A stretch of DNA of 63,738 nucleotides, filler included, from Reclinomonas americana ATCC 50394 (Eukaryota): NCBI GenBank assembly GCA_048213135.1. It is 20 parts of 20 records of this genome, joined end to end, with 100 filler letters (N's around TTAATTAATTAA, not from the genome) between each part and the next. Parts side by side here need not be neighbours in the genome. Positions count along the whole stretch, not along the records: positions 1 to 3,565 come from AFZH01020519.1; positions 3,666 to 6,087 come from AFZH01020521.1; positions 6,188 to 8,018 come from AFZH01020522.1; positions 8,119 to 13,865 come from AFZH01020523.1; positions 13,966 to 20,810 come from AFZH01020526.1; 15 more parts are not named here. One strand, given 5' to 3'. Position numbers and translations under genes: made by a program. Below, piece by piece: positions 1 through 14,023 of this stretch (its first letter is position 1; each line of letters begins with the position of its first letter). The notes beneath the pieces are model-generated. The model was not told the DNA's origin. It saw nothing but the letters and a program-made list of their open reading frames with translations, and made no database searches.

Positions 1-514
1 AGAGAGAGAGAGAGACCAGGAGGGAGAGGGGATGTAAGGAGGATGGAAAGAGCGGCCAGTGTGTGAGAAACAGTCGAGGATAGATCGAGTTGAGAGAAGA
101 GATGTCGGGAGCGGAGAAGAAGCGATGGCGACGAGGTGAGGAGAGAGGCCAGAACGGGAGAGGAGGAGAGAAATGTACGCCAGTGAGTGAGAGATGAGTC
201 GGGATGGCAGGATATATCAAGTGGGAAGTGGGGCAGCAGGAAGACAGAAGAGATAGAGAGAAAGAGAGCAAGAGAGAGAGAGACTAGAACGAGAGAGGGA
301 TGTCAGAACGAGAGATAGAGACGCGAGTGAGTGAGAGATGAGAATCGGTATCAGGATAGGTCGAGCTGAGAGACAGAGAGGGAAGGGGAGGAGGCTGGGA
401 GAATACCAGAATTGGAGTTGTGACCGCGAATGTGAAGAAAATCACGACACAAGGGTGTGGTTCTCAGAAAAGATTGGCATTGTGTGGCGTGCTCATCTCT
501 TTTGATTTGCGCAG

Positions 515-1151
515 GCGATGTCCCATTCGTCATTGACTTTGACTTGCGACCGGTGGGCCTGGCTCGGCAAGTCGTGCAGAGTGTGGACGAGGTGGACATT
601 TTGGAGTGGGTCGACTCGCACCCGGCCACCATGCGCAGCGTGCACGAGAGCAACTACTTCAAGACGCTGTTGTCGTTCCCGCTGGGTTCGTGGGAGCGCC
701 AGATCTTGTGGGAGACGGCGCGCGCCATTCACAGCCGTGTCACGTTCATCATCAAGGTGAGCGTGCTGACTTGGTCAAAGAAGGAGAAGAAGAAAAGTCA
801 GGCTGACTTTTTCTTGCGCAGCACGCACTCCCGCTCCCGGCGTCCGAGCGCAAAATGGACCTGCTGGAGGACATGGGTGCTGCGCTGTACGAGTTGTCCA
901 AGTACGACCCGGCGTGGCAGTTGCACAAGAATCTCGGCATCGTGCTCAACCAGCTGGTGACGATGATGCGACACTTTGAGACGAACAACATGTCGTATAC
1001 GCGCAAGCGACCGCCAATCGGCGACGGTGAGTCGTACGTACGACAAATGATCCATCATTTGAGTGTGTACGTGGAGCACGCTGGCGAAGATCGCGAGGTG
1101 GAATCCATCAAGCGGACACTCAACGAGATGAAGAAGCAGACGGCGGTGTGA
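515..1151 (+). CDS. TMEM260: TMEM260-like (DUF2723) protein O-mannosyltransferase, last two exons (515-756, 822-1151); 5' part upstream of window
   Basis: GT-AG intron 757-821 with CTGAC branch joins two ORFs in frame. Product ...RPVGLARQVV..DILEWV..FPLGSWERQILWE..WQLHKNLGIV..IHHLSVYVEHAGED..IKRTLNEMKK* parallels the human TMEM260 C-terminus as recalled (PWG..EEWI..FDPSSWE..NWHKNYAIA..IRHFRLYSQKAPND). Confidence 0.6.
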
Positions 1152-1252
1152 GCCCCCATGAAAGAGTGAGATCAAAGTAAAACAAAGAAATGGTGGTGGT
1201 GATGAGGGGAAAATGTGTGGATTGTAGTACACAATGAATCGCGCGGTGAGTG

Positions 1253-3290
1253 TCACTGATCGCCGGCGGGTCGATCCACGGAAAAGTCGTTCTCGGAGAT
1301 GTTTCCGGCGTGGATTTGTGGCTCGTTGAGGGGTGGAGGGGAGACGTCGGGGCGGATGATGGGTGAGCAGCGGACGGCTGTGGGAGGGGAAGTGAGGGCA
1401 ACGGTGGGGGAAGAAGGCACTGTGCTAACGAAGCAGGGAGAGAGAGAGAGGACGAGCAGAGGGGAGAGAGACGCGAAGAAGGGCTTGGTTGTGAGGAAGA
1501 AGAGGAAGCATGATGGACAGCGAGACAGATGTGTGTGCGTGAGAGAGAGAGAGAGACGCGAAGAAGTGAGAATACAATGTGAATGCGGAGGATAACAATT
1601 GAGAACAGAGAGGACGAGAGGAGACCATGATTGAGGTGGAAGTGAGTGACGAAGGGGGCAAGATGTGAAAGAAAGTGAGAGAAGCATGATGGACAGCGGG
1701 ACAGATGTGAGAGAGAGGAGCGGAGAGAGAGAGAGAGAGCAAGATAAAGAAGAAAGTGCGATAGAGAACAAGAGAGAACAGAGCAGACCAAGATTGAAGA
1801 GGAAGAAAGAAGGAAAGGGAGCAAACTGTGAAGCGAAAGAAAGTGAGAGAAGCATGATGGACAGCGAGACAGATGCGAGAGAGAGGAGGAGAGAGAGAGC
1901 AAGATGAAGAAGGAAGTGCGATCGAGAACAAGTGAGAATAAGATGTGAACGTGGAGGAGAACGGGAGGGAACACAGAAGACAAAGCTTGAGGAAGAAAGA
2001 AGGGAAGAGGAGCAAGATGTGAAGGGAAAGAAAGAGAGAAGCACGGTGAAGGGGGAGGAGAATGAGGAGGAGATAAATGTAGGACGCGCGGGAAGGAGAC
2101 GGAAAGGGAAGCTTGGAGAGACTGAGATCACGAGACTGAGCAAGCAAACAGGCAGAACTGGAGAGAGAACGACGAGAGAGAGAGAGAGAGAGAGAGAGAC
2201 TGAATCAACCGCGAGGAGAGACTGGGAGTCTGGGTAGAGAGCAGAGAGATGTCGGAGAATCCCGAAGATCGCTTCTTCACATGCGTGACACACCTGTGCC
2301 ATAACACAACACCGTCATGAAAGCACCGGAGATGCGATCGACACCGGTCGATGTCTGGTACCGCATGCGCACAATCGCCGTCGCTCCCATCTGCTCCGCC
2401 TGGAAGAAGGGTGAGACAGTGTGAGACACACAGAGAGCCACCAGCTGCCATCTGGCGCAGAACGGAAACCTCCTCAATCGCCCTCCATGTGGCCTCCACG
2501 ACACAGGCGCCCATCAGTTCCGTGTACCTGCAACGATGAGGTACATTCAGCACGCGATGATGCGGAGGGGGGAATGCAGCTCAGCACGCAACGGTCGCAG
2601 CTCGCCACCGACCAGTGCAGCCTTGATCCTCGCTGGCAGAGCAGGAGTGAGAACAGCAACTATCTGCGTCTGTTGTCCAAGGAGAGAAAGAGAGCACGAG
2701 AGGAGGCGAAGGAGAGGGAAAGAAAGACAGAGAGAAACCATGAGAAAGAGAGATAGAGGGAGAGGGAGAGGCAGGGAGGAAGAGAAAATGGAAGAAGAGA
2801 GAAGACAAGAGCCAGAGCGACGAAGAGTAAGAGCGAGCGAGAAAGAGAGAGGCCAAGAGAAGAAGGGACGGAGAGAGGGAGAGAGAGGGAGAGAGAGGGA
2901 GAGATTTGGGAGAGAGAAGACAAGAGCAAGAGCAACGGAGAGTGAGAGCGGAAGGAGAGAAGCCAAGAAAATGAGGGACGGAGAGAGAAAGAGAGAAGAG
3001 AGAAACACCACCAAACAGACAAATAGGAGAGAGAAAGAGACACTCTGTCCCTATCCCTGTGCCTCTCCCTCCCTCCCTCTCTGCCTACTCACCAAAGAAG
3101 CTGCAAAACAGCACCAAACGCAAATGAAAACGCAAATAAAACACAACAAATGCAGCAACGAGCGGTGGCGTAACTGCTGTGCCAGATGCCGACTCTTCAC
3201 ACTCGTTCCCGCCACAATACCAAGCTCTTGCACAATCAGTCGTCCCTCCACTTGATCACTGATGACGAGAAACCGAACATGAGTGACCAT
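1253..3290 (-). CDS. YbjQ/UPF0145 family (heavy-metal-binding domain) protein, ~5 exons
   Basis: Spliced product: FLVISDQVEGRLIVQELGIVAGTSVKSRHL / IKAALVGGELRP / YTELMGACVVEATWRAIEE / AEQMGATAIVRMRYQTS..TVLCYGT / AVRC..DQ*. GGEL.YTEL, GA.AIV.MR and YGTAV are YbjQ hallmarks. The last intron 1378-2293 restores YGT-AV in frame. First junction uncertain. Confidence 0.8.
1495..1960. repeat. Purine-rich minisatellite (~170-180 nt unit, ~3 copies) inside the long YbjQ intron
   Basis: GAAGCATGATGGACAGCG(A/G)GACAGATG recurs near 1505, 1681 and 1849. Confidence 0.8.
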
Positions 3291-3493
3291 CTCACATGCA
3301 CACACACATACGCACACACACACACACACACACACGCACACACACACACACACGTACACACAGAGAGAAGGAGACCTGCACACATCGCTCTTCTTCTCAT
3401 CTCTTCTTTTCTCTCTCTCTGAGTGTGTGCGTGAGTGAGTGAGTGTGAGTGTGTGTGTGTGTATGTGTGTGTGAGTGAGTGAGTGAGTGTGTG

Positions 3494-3551
<58 letters not shown>

Positions 3552-3682
3552 CGCCGCTACGCGTGNNNNNNNNNNNNNNNNNNNNNNNNNNNNNNNNNNN
3601 NNNNNNNNNTTAATTAATTAANNNNNNNNNNNNNNNNNNNNNNNNNNNNNNNNNNNNNNNNNNNNTCCTCCTCCTCCTCCTC

Positions 3683-3758
<76 letters not shown>

Positions 3759-3998
3759 TCTCTTTTCCTGACTCAGTCTCGCTCATGCGCCCCTCCTCTC
3801 ACGAGTACCTTCTTCACACGCACCACTTGCTGTTCCCTCGTTTGAGAGAGATGGAGACAGTTCGCGTGGGTGACAGTGCACTTCGCCCTTCCCTTCATCT
3901 CTCTCGACGTCTCCTTGTTGTGAGCTTTCCTCTCATGCCACAACCGACTTTTGCATCCCCTAACTCCCTCCCCCTTCCCCTCCCCTCCCTCCCCCCAG

Positions 3999-7100
<3,102 letters not shown>

Positions 7101-7169
7101 TTGTGTGTCTGTGTGTGTACATTCGATAGTAGGAGGGTGTAGAAAGAGAGAGGAGATGCGTCGATCATC

Positions 7170-8461
7170 TCAATAGGGCCGTCCCCGAGCGGGCGGGAAC
7201 AATCGAATAATGTAGAATGTGAAAAAGAATGCGAACGTGACGAGCATCATGAGGAAGCACGAGGTGCAGGTGAAGCGGCGCGTAGCGCTGGTTTGCTCCA
7301 CCAGGCGCTGCCGTTGGCGCTTGGTGACCTCGGTGTTGTCGTGCACGGCGCGCTCTGTTTGTGCCAGAGTCTGACGTGGCCAACAGAGAGATGAGCAGCG
7401 GTTGCATGTGGGGCAGAGCGCAAGAGAGAGACGCAACATCACTCTCGCTGTCGAGTACTCTCTGAATCTCCAACGCGTTCTCCTTGAGCGTGCTGACCAT
7501 GCCGCGAATCTCCACCGACATTTTCTCCTGCATCTCTCGCTGCTGCTGCACCTCGCGACTCGCCGACAGCTCCTCCTTGGTGCTGCGCGTTGCAGGGAAG
7601 GGAGTGAGCAGCGGCGAGAGCGACATGGGGTATCAAGCTTGGCGACGGTACCGACTAATGGCTCGAACCAGTCGCCGATCGTGCAACTCCTCGTCCCTCC
7701 GGTGTTGTTGCTGTGCATAGTTCAGAAAGGAGAGTGCTCCCAGCACAAAGAGATTGATGATAAACGCACATCGCCGACCAGCGCCTTGCGCTTGTCCTCG
7801 CGAATCCCACTCGTCATCTTCTCCAGCAGTCGGCGCTCTTCCGGTTGCAGGGGCACGGTGCTCATCACGTGGTCGCCCTGGGTGCGAGGTAAGGAGGGGG
7901 AGGAGGGGGAAGGAGGAGGAGGAGGGGGAGGAGGAGGAGGAGGAGGAGGAGGAGGAGGAGGAGGAGGAGGAGGAGGAGGAGGAGGAGGAGGAGGAGGAGG
8001 AGGAGGAGGAGGAGGAGGNNNNNNNNNNNNNNNNNNNNNNNNNNNNNNNNNNNNNNNNNNNNTTAATTAATTAANNNNNNNNNNNNNNNNNNNNNNNNNN
8101 NNNNNNNNNNNNNNNNNNTCTCTCTCTCTCTCTCGACTCTGTGTGTGTGTGTGCGTGCGAGAGAGAGAGAGAGTGACACAATCTGCGTGCAAGACTGATA
8201 GTGCGTTGTCTCTCAGTTTCTCTCTCTCTCTGTGTGCACCTTCCCTCTCTCACACACCTCCTTCCTCCTTTGTCTCCTCTCTCTCTCTCTCTCTCCTTCA
8301 CTCACCACTCTCAACAACTCACGCTGCTCCTCACGCGCACTGGGCGTGAGCGACGACGAGTTGTCTTCCAGAGTGCGCATGCGATCTTCACAGCGCGTGG
8401 CCATGCGCTCACAGTTGACACGCTCACGCTCAATGCTCGACACAGCACTGCCTGCGCTCAT
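7170..8461 (-). CDS. USE1: USE1 ER Qc-SNARE
   Basis: N-terminal ERERVNCERMATRCEDRM; SNARE coil QQREMQEKMSVEIRGMVSTLKENALEIQRVLDSESD-TLAQTERAVHDN; C-terminal TM anchor ..FAFFFTFYIIRLFPP. Spans the linker at 8019. Confidence 0.8.
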
Positions 8462-8596
8462 TCCTTGGAGGAAAAAGTGAATGACTCAGGAGGAGAGGTG
8501 GGACACGTTGACATGTGTCACCAGCAACGTCGGGCAGGCTGCGATCGCGGCCTGCAAGCTGTCAGTGTCTTCCCTCATCTACCTTTTATCATCATA

Positions 8597-9599
8597 TTAC
8601 TTTCTGTATCTCGTGGCAATGGTCCCATTGCGCGTCAAAACCGTCAATTTGGTGGAGCCTGTGCTTGACTTGCTGACGGCAATGACGTTGGAACGCGACC
8701 CTATTCCCGAGGACGGTGACAGCGGCGAGGCTCTTGACTGTCCGACAGAAGACGACGTTCTTCTCGTGGTGGTGGTGGCGGTCGAGCTGTAGTAGGAGAA
8801 AAAGCTGCTGGATCCGGACGAAGACGGTGACCGCGGCGAGCTGGCGCTGCTACCTGCTGCAGAAAACAGAGAGCGCGCGGGTCCTGCGACTGAACTTTGT
8901 CGACTGTGTGCGGTGCAAGAGTTCAGCTTGGTGCACACGAACGTGCACGTTGGGCAGAGAAAAGAAAAACACACCGCGGGGGACTCGGTGGTGCGCGTTG
9001 TTGAGCAGGCGCGCTGTGCACTACTACAGGTGGCGGTGTCGGTACCGGTGAGTAGCTCCCGTACGAGTACGCCTGCGGTTGCAACGGCGGCAACACCAGG
9101 GCAGAGGCAACGTCAATGCCTAGCGCAGTCTGCGGCAAACGCACGTCAACCAAACAAAACGCTGCAAGTGTGCAACAAACAATTCTCACAGCACCTCCAG
9201 CTCGCCGAGAAGTACACAAACATCACATGTGGTGGGCGGCGCAGGGCATCGAACCCACAACGATCGGAGGTACGTCAGCGACGATAGCCTCGCCGCTGCG
9301 GCCTCTCGTCGAATGTAACTCGACATGCACTGCACAGACAATCAGCCTGCAGCGGTGACGATGACGACACAGCCAGAGGCCAGCACTCACATCGTAACAC
9401 AACACCGGTGGATGGCGGCATCGAGTGGCAGAGAAGGGCACCAACGGACTGCTAGCATCGTCGCCGCAATGCAAGCAGCAAGCCGGCGGATCTTCAACCT
9501 CGATCGCAGCAGGTCGAACTGCTCAAGAAACATCAGTGCACTGCCGGAGAACACCAGCAGTCACATGTGCTTCTCACCTGCAGCATCCACTTGTGCATG

Positions 9600-9659
<60 letters not shown>

Positions 9660-9884
9660 TTGTTGTTGTTGCCCTTGCTGTTGTTGTGCTTGTGCGGGAA
9701 CAGAGACACTGAAGAAGCGCCTCCATACAACCACTGAGATCGACATTATCAACAGTGTGGTGATTGCGCTCACTGTGGCCGCTTGCTGGTACGAGTTCCA
9801 CCAGAGCAGAAGTGTGACATGCGAGGGAAAGCAAAGCGCGGTGACTGCGCCCAGGAGCATGAAGCCAGCAGCAAAGAGAAACAT
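8597..9884 (-). CDS. Membrane-anchored RING-finger-like protein with polyQ tract and Ser/Pro-rich tail (~5 exons)
   Basis: Two hydrophobic segments, a (CAG/CAA)n tract at ~9600-9690, then spliced CLHC..CRHPPVLCYD/CMSSYI..VRCPAPPTTC, a C-x2-C..C-x-H..C-x2-C..C-x-C spacing like RBR RING1. In-frame GT-AG joins reach the stop at 8597. Confidence 0.55.
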
Positions 9885-10029
9885 TCTTCGCGCCAATGCG
9901 TGCAGTGTTGTTATTGTTCCGAACGGGGGGACGCGATCTCGACGTCGAGCACTTCCCCCACTTCACAGGCAGCGTTGCTTTCACTGGGTGCTTATGTATA
10001 CAAAAAACTCTCCTTCTCCATCTCTCTCA

Positions 10030-13000
10030 TTAACGAGCCTCCTGCTGCGAGATCTCCATCGCCAGCTGGATCATCGCTTGCTCTTCGTCGTCCACGTCCA
10101 TGGGCATTGGTGCACCGCGGAAGCCAGAAGCAGAAGCAGTTGAGGATGACTTGGGCTGTGGGAATTGCGGCGGAGTGGCGCCAACGTCGGGCGTGAAGAC
10201 TGCAGATCAGTGAGCACATGCAGTCACACACACAATGACAGGCGATTGTCGTCAGCGTAACTCGGAATGGCCTGCTCCGCCGGCTCGAAGAGTGCGTCGT
10301 AGAAGGTGCGCTCGTAGACATCTGTGTCGCTCAGTGAGTCACGAGAAATCAGTCAGCCACTGGGCGACAAGGTGCGCCCAACCTGCAGGGATGCTCTCAC
10401 GCGGCACACGAATGTACACCAGGCATGTGGCGGTGGGTGTGTCGGGTGGGCCGCCACCCACCGACAGCTTGAGCATCTTGGACTCGTCGCACTGGCGACA
10501 TGAACTGGTAAGTTACTTACGGGAGAGAGTTTCGCAAGCACACACGCACATGGGAAACACGCTCATCGTTGAGCTTGTACCAGAGGTCGTTGGCCTGGCA
10601 GTGAACAAACACGAGGTAGTGGCCCACTGTATATGCAATCAAAGTGAGTGAAGTGGACTGGGAAAGAGCAACCAGTGCGAGAGCTCGAGAATCAAGGTAC
10701 AGACAGGCAGTCAGCTATCCGTGCAAACAGCCACACACCAGCTTCAGCAGACCCACAGAACAGGACAGACATAAGAGTCTAGGCAACATAAACAAAGAGA
10801 AAGTGATGGAGAGCGTAACTGAGAATGAAGAAATGTGAGCGAGACATGAGACATCGAGAGAGAGACTGAGTCAGCCAGCTCGACATCAAGTCAGGTAGAG
10901 AGACAGACAGAAGAGGACAGAGAAATGAAGAGACAGACACTAACTACAGACATCGAAAACACGAATACTCACACAAAAAGTGAGAGAGAAAGTTTGTGAA
11001 TGAGTCGGCCAGCCGATAAAACATTCCCCTCCTCCTCCCCCTTCCCCCTCACTTCCCCCTACCCCCCCTTCCCCCATATCGCACTCTTCGCCACATCGCC
11101 GACATGCACGGCCACCTCATGCAGCTCATACACATCATCCAGCTCATCCTCCTCATCATCCTTCTCGGCCGCGAAAGCATACTTGCGAGCAAGCTCCGTC
11201 ATGTTGTCACGCAAATTCTTCTCCAAATCTGCACATCGCGAGTGAGGCACGGCAAATAAAAACCCCGCTACTCTCCAACCGACGCGTACGCAACCCTCGA
11301 CATGCAGGCGCACTTCGCGAGCATGCTCCATCAGCTGCGCCAGTGCAGCTCGCGTCTGCTCATCCGGCTGATCGCGATCCTCCGAGAGGCAGGCAATGGC
11401 GTCCTGCAGCATGGCCTCCAGCGACAGACCCTGATTCTGCATTCACGCACACACATCATGAGTTCCCTCTAATTTCCCTCTCGCCGCCCTTCCTCCCACC
11501 CCAACTCACGTTCCAATTGCGGAGGCGATACAGCTCCTTCTTGATACTGTGAATGCGCTGGCGCATCTCCGCAATCTGCAGCTTCGCCGCTGCCGTCATG
11601 CGCGCCAAGTTGCGGGCGCGGTACCGGCCTGCGAAAAAGTAGCGGGGGAACTCGAAACGCGTATTGATCTGCAGGCGATGAGACAACACGGGCCTCAAAA
11701 AAGGTCGCCAGACAAAAACTCACCTTGCCAGCACCATCGGCGGTGGTGCGCTGCAGCATGACGACCAGGCATGCGGGCAAGGCGGCGTCGTCGGCAAACA
11801 TGCGCGTCTGCTGTGCGTCGACCTCATCGTCGCATCCATCCGGGCGGTACGTGACCACGGCACTCAACGCGCCATCGAGCGAGTGGTACAGATCGTCGTA
11901 CTCGGCCACGTGCGCAATCAAGTGATCCTCCATCAGCGTGGTCACTGCTCGCTGCTCCGGCGCCTGCGGTCCCGGTCGGAAGCGCAGCTCTTGGTGCATT
12001 TTGATGGCAAACATGCTGTACGGTTGTTTGGTGTCAGAAAGGACCACCACTCTGTTGTTTTTTCTGGCATGTGGAGACTCACTTGGTGACATCAGCAGAT
12101 CGGTCGCCGCCGGCGTGATTCTTGAACGCCGTCAGTGTGCAGAGTAGGACCAGCATGAACATTTCATGGGCGTCCTCTTGCCGACCAGGAATGAATTCGG
12201 TGGCACGCGAGAAGCGCTTCACGAATTCGGCCGGATCCTCAAACTTGGCGACGCTCTGCGACGTGGCAATAGTGGAGAAGAGATACTGCATCTCCACGCA
12301 AGCTGCGCAGGGGCATGCTTTTTGAGGGAGGGAGAGAGGGACAAGACGTCAGCAAAGACGAGTGACGCACCCATCATGTGCTTGGTTTGATCTGCCAAAC
12401 AACGTGGAGTTAGTCACTGCAGAGTTCAACATCGCCTCAAAACATATACACCCACCAAGCGGAGCTCTGACAAGGGTCGCCGGCTCGTACGTGAGGATCA
12501 GGTTGCGGAAGCCGGGCATCCAGAAGAGCATTTGCAAGATGGAGTTGAGGTGGCAGCGATTGTGCGCATTGCGCAGGCCAACTCGCCTGCATTCCCATCC
12601 GACGACACACATTGAGCAGTGCCCGTGATGGTGGGAGAGAGAAAGAGAGGGAAAGAGACGCAACGGCACCGAGTCGGCCAGAATCTCCACAGGCCAGCGG
12701 AAGTCACGCAGGCCCTGCTCACCGGCGGCGAGCACATCGGCAAGCCGCTCGTCGTCTGGCAGCTCACCACGGAGCTTGTTAATGACCGACAGACAGTTTT
12801 GCATCATTTCCGGGTTCAACAGAGAGCTGGTCATGAAGCGTTAGTGAGTGCGGAGGGTCGACCTCATCATCCATGAAAAAGTACGCACCTGGACTTGACC
12901 AAGGAGATCGCCGCCAGCGCGCTGATTCCACGCTTGGTCACACGGTCGCCGGAGAGTGCAGGTGTCGAGGTGCTGGCACCCACACTCCGCGCTGTGTGTG

Positions 13001-13700
13001 TGACACACACAGAAGAAGATGAGTGCGAGCATACGGACAGCGGTGAAGATGCACAACAAGACGCACTGGGTGAATGTGTGCGTGAGGAGCTTTGCTGGCG
13101 GCGCCGCTTCAAAACCGCTGCATGCAATATCGTGTCAATAATGGCCTCTCTGCGAAGCGAGGCACAGCAGTCACAACGAACCGAGCATCTTCTCCTGCCC
13201 AAAGAACTTGCTGATGGTTGCGCTCGGCTTCAGCAGCTTCTCGCGGTCCGCGCGCAACTCTGCGAAGTGACTGCCCGCTGCGAGCGGCTCGTCTGGTGGA
13301 GCAAAGAAGACGAGTGCGGTGAGAGACGAATTCTAAACGTCCACAACAAACAGACTCACGTCGCTGATGTGAGCTGTTGAGCGTCTTGACCAGCTGCGTC
13401 AGCAGCTCCTTGTGCACACGGTACAGGATGCCGTACGGCGAGGCCCTCAACGAGGCAGGCGACGTGAGACCCTCCATGGGCATGCAGTACGCGGCGCGAC
13501 CGTCGTCAAGGAGCACCGTTTGCGAAAAGCCAATGAGCTATGCCTCGAGGTGTGAGAACCGGGCGGCCGGGGTGGAAAGAGGTTTTTTTCGGAGGCGAGG
13601 AGCACGCACCTTCATCAACATGTCGCGAGAAGATGCGTTGAGGCCGCCGAAAGCTTCCAGCAGTTTGGCGTTGGTCGTGGGGATGCGGCGGACACTGCGC
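10030..13700 (-). CDS. USP (peptidase C19) deubiquitinase, USP25/28-like catalytic domain with coiled insertion, C-terminal UIM and possible N-terminal PUB-like segment; 5' end in gap
   Basis: Cys box GLRNAHNRCHLNSILQML; RQEDAHE; FEFPRYFFAGRY; His box YELHEVAVHVGD..GHYLVFV..WYKLNDERV; TATCLVY; final exon DDEEQAMIQLAMEISQQEAR*. Confidence 0.85.
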
Positions 13701-14023
13701 AGAGGGGGAAGGGGAATGGTAAGAGGAAGTGAGGCGAAGGAGGAGAAAAGGCAAAGTGAGACGAAGAAATTGGGGGAGGAGGGGGAGGAGGGGGAGGAGG
13801 AGGGGAAGGAGAAGAAGGAGGAGGAGGAGGAGAAGAAGAAGAAGAAGAAAGAAAAGAGAGAGAGANNNNNNNNNNNNNNNNNNNNNNNNNNNNNNNNNNN
13901 NNNNNNNNNTTAATTAATTAANNNNNNNNNNNNNNNNNNNNNNNNNNNNNNNNNNNNNNNNNNNNCTCTCTCTCTCTCTCTCTCCCTCTTTCCCTTCACT
14001 CCCTCATGCACACACCCACACAG

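Noticed and set aside
1120..3422. Long Ser/Leu- or Arg/Glu-rich ORFs (also 5346-6143, 20405-21217, 44455-45646, 62965-63561)
   Set aside because: Translations of GA/CA microsatellites and intronic minisatellites.
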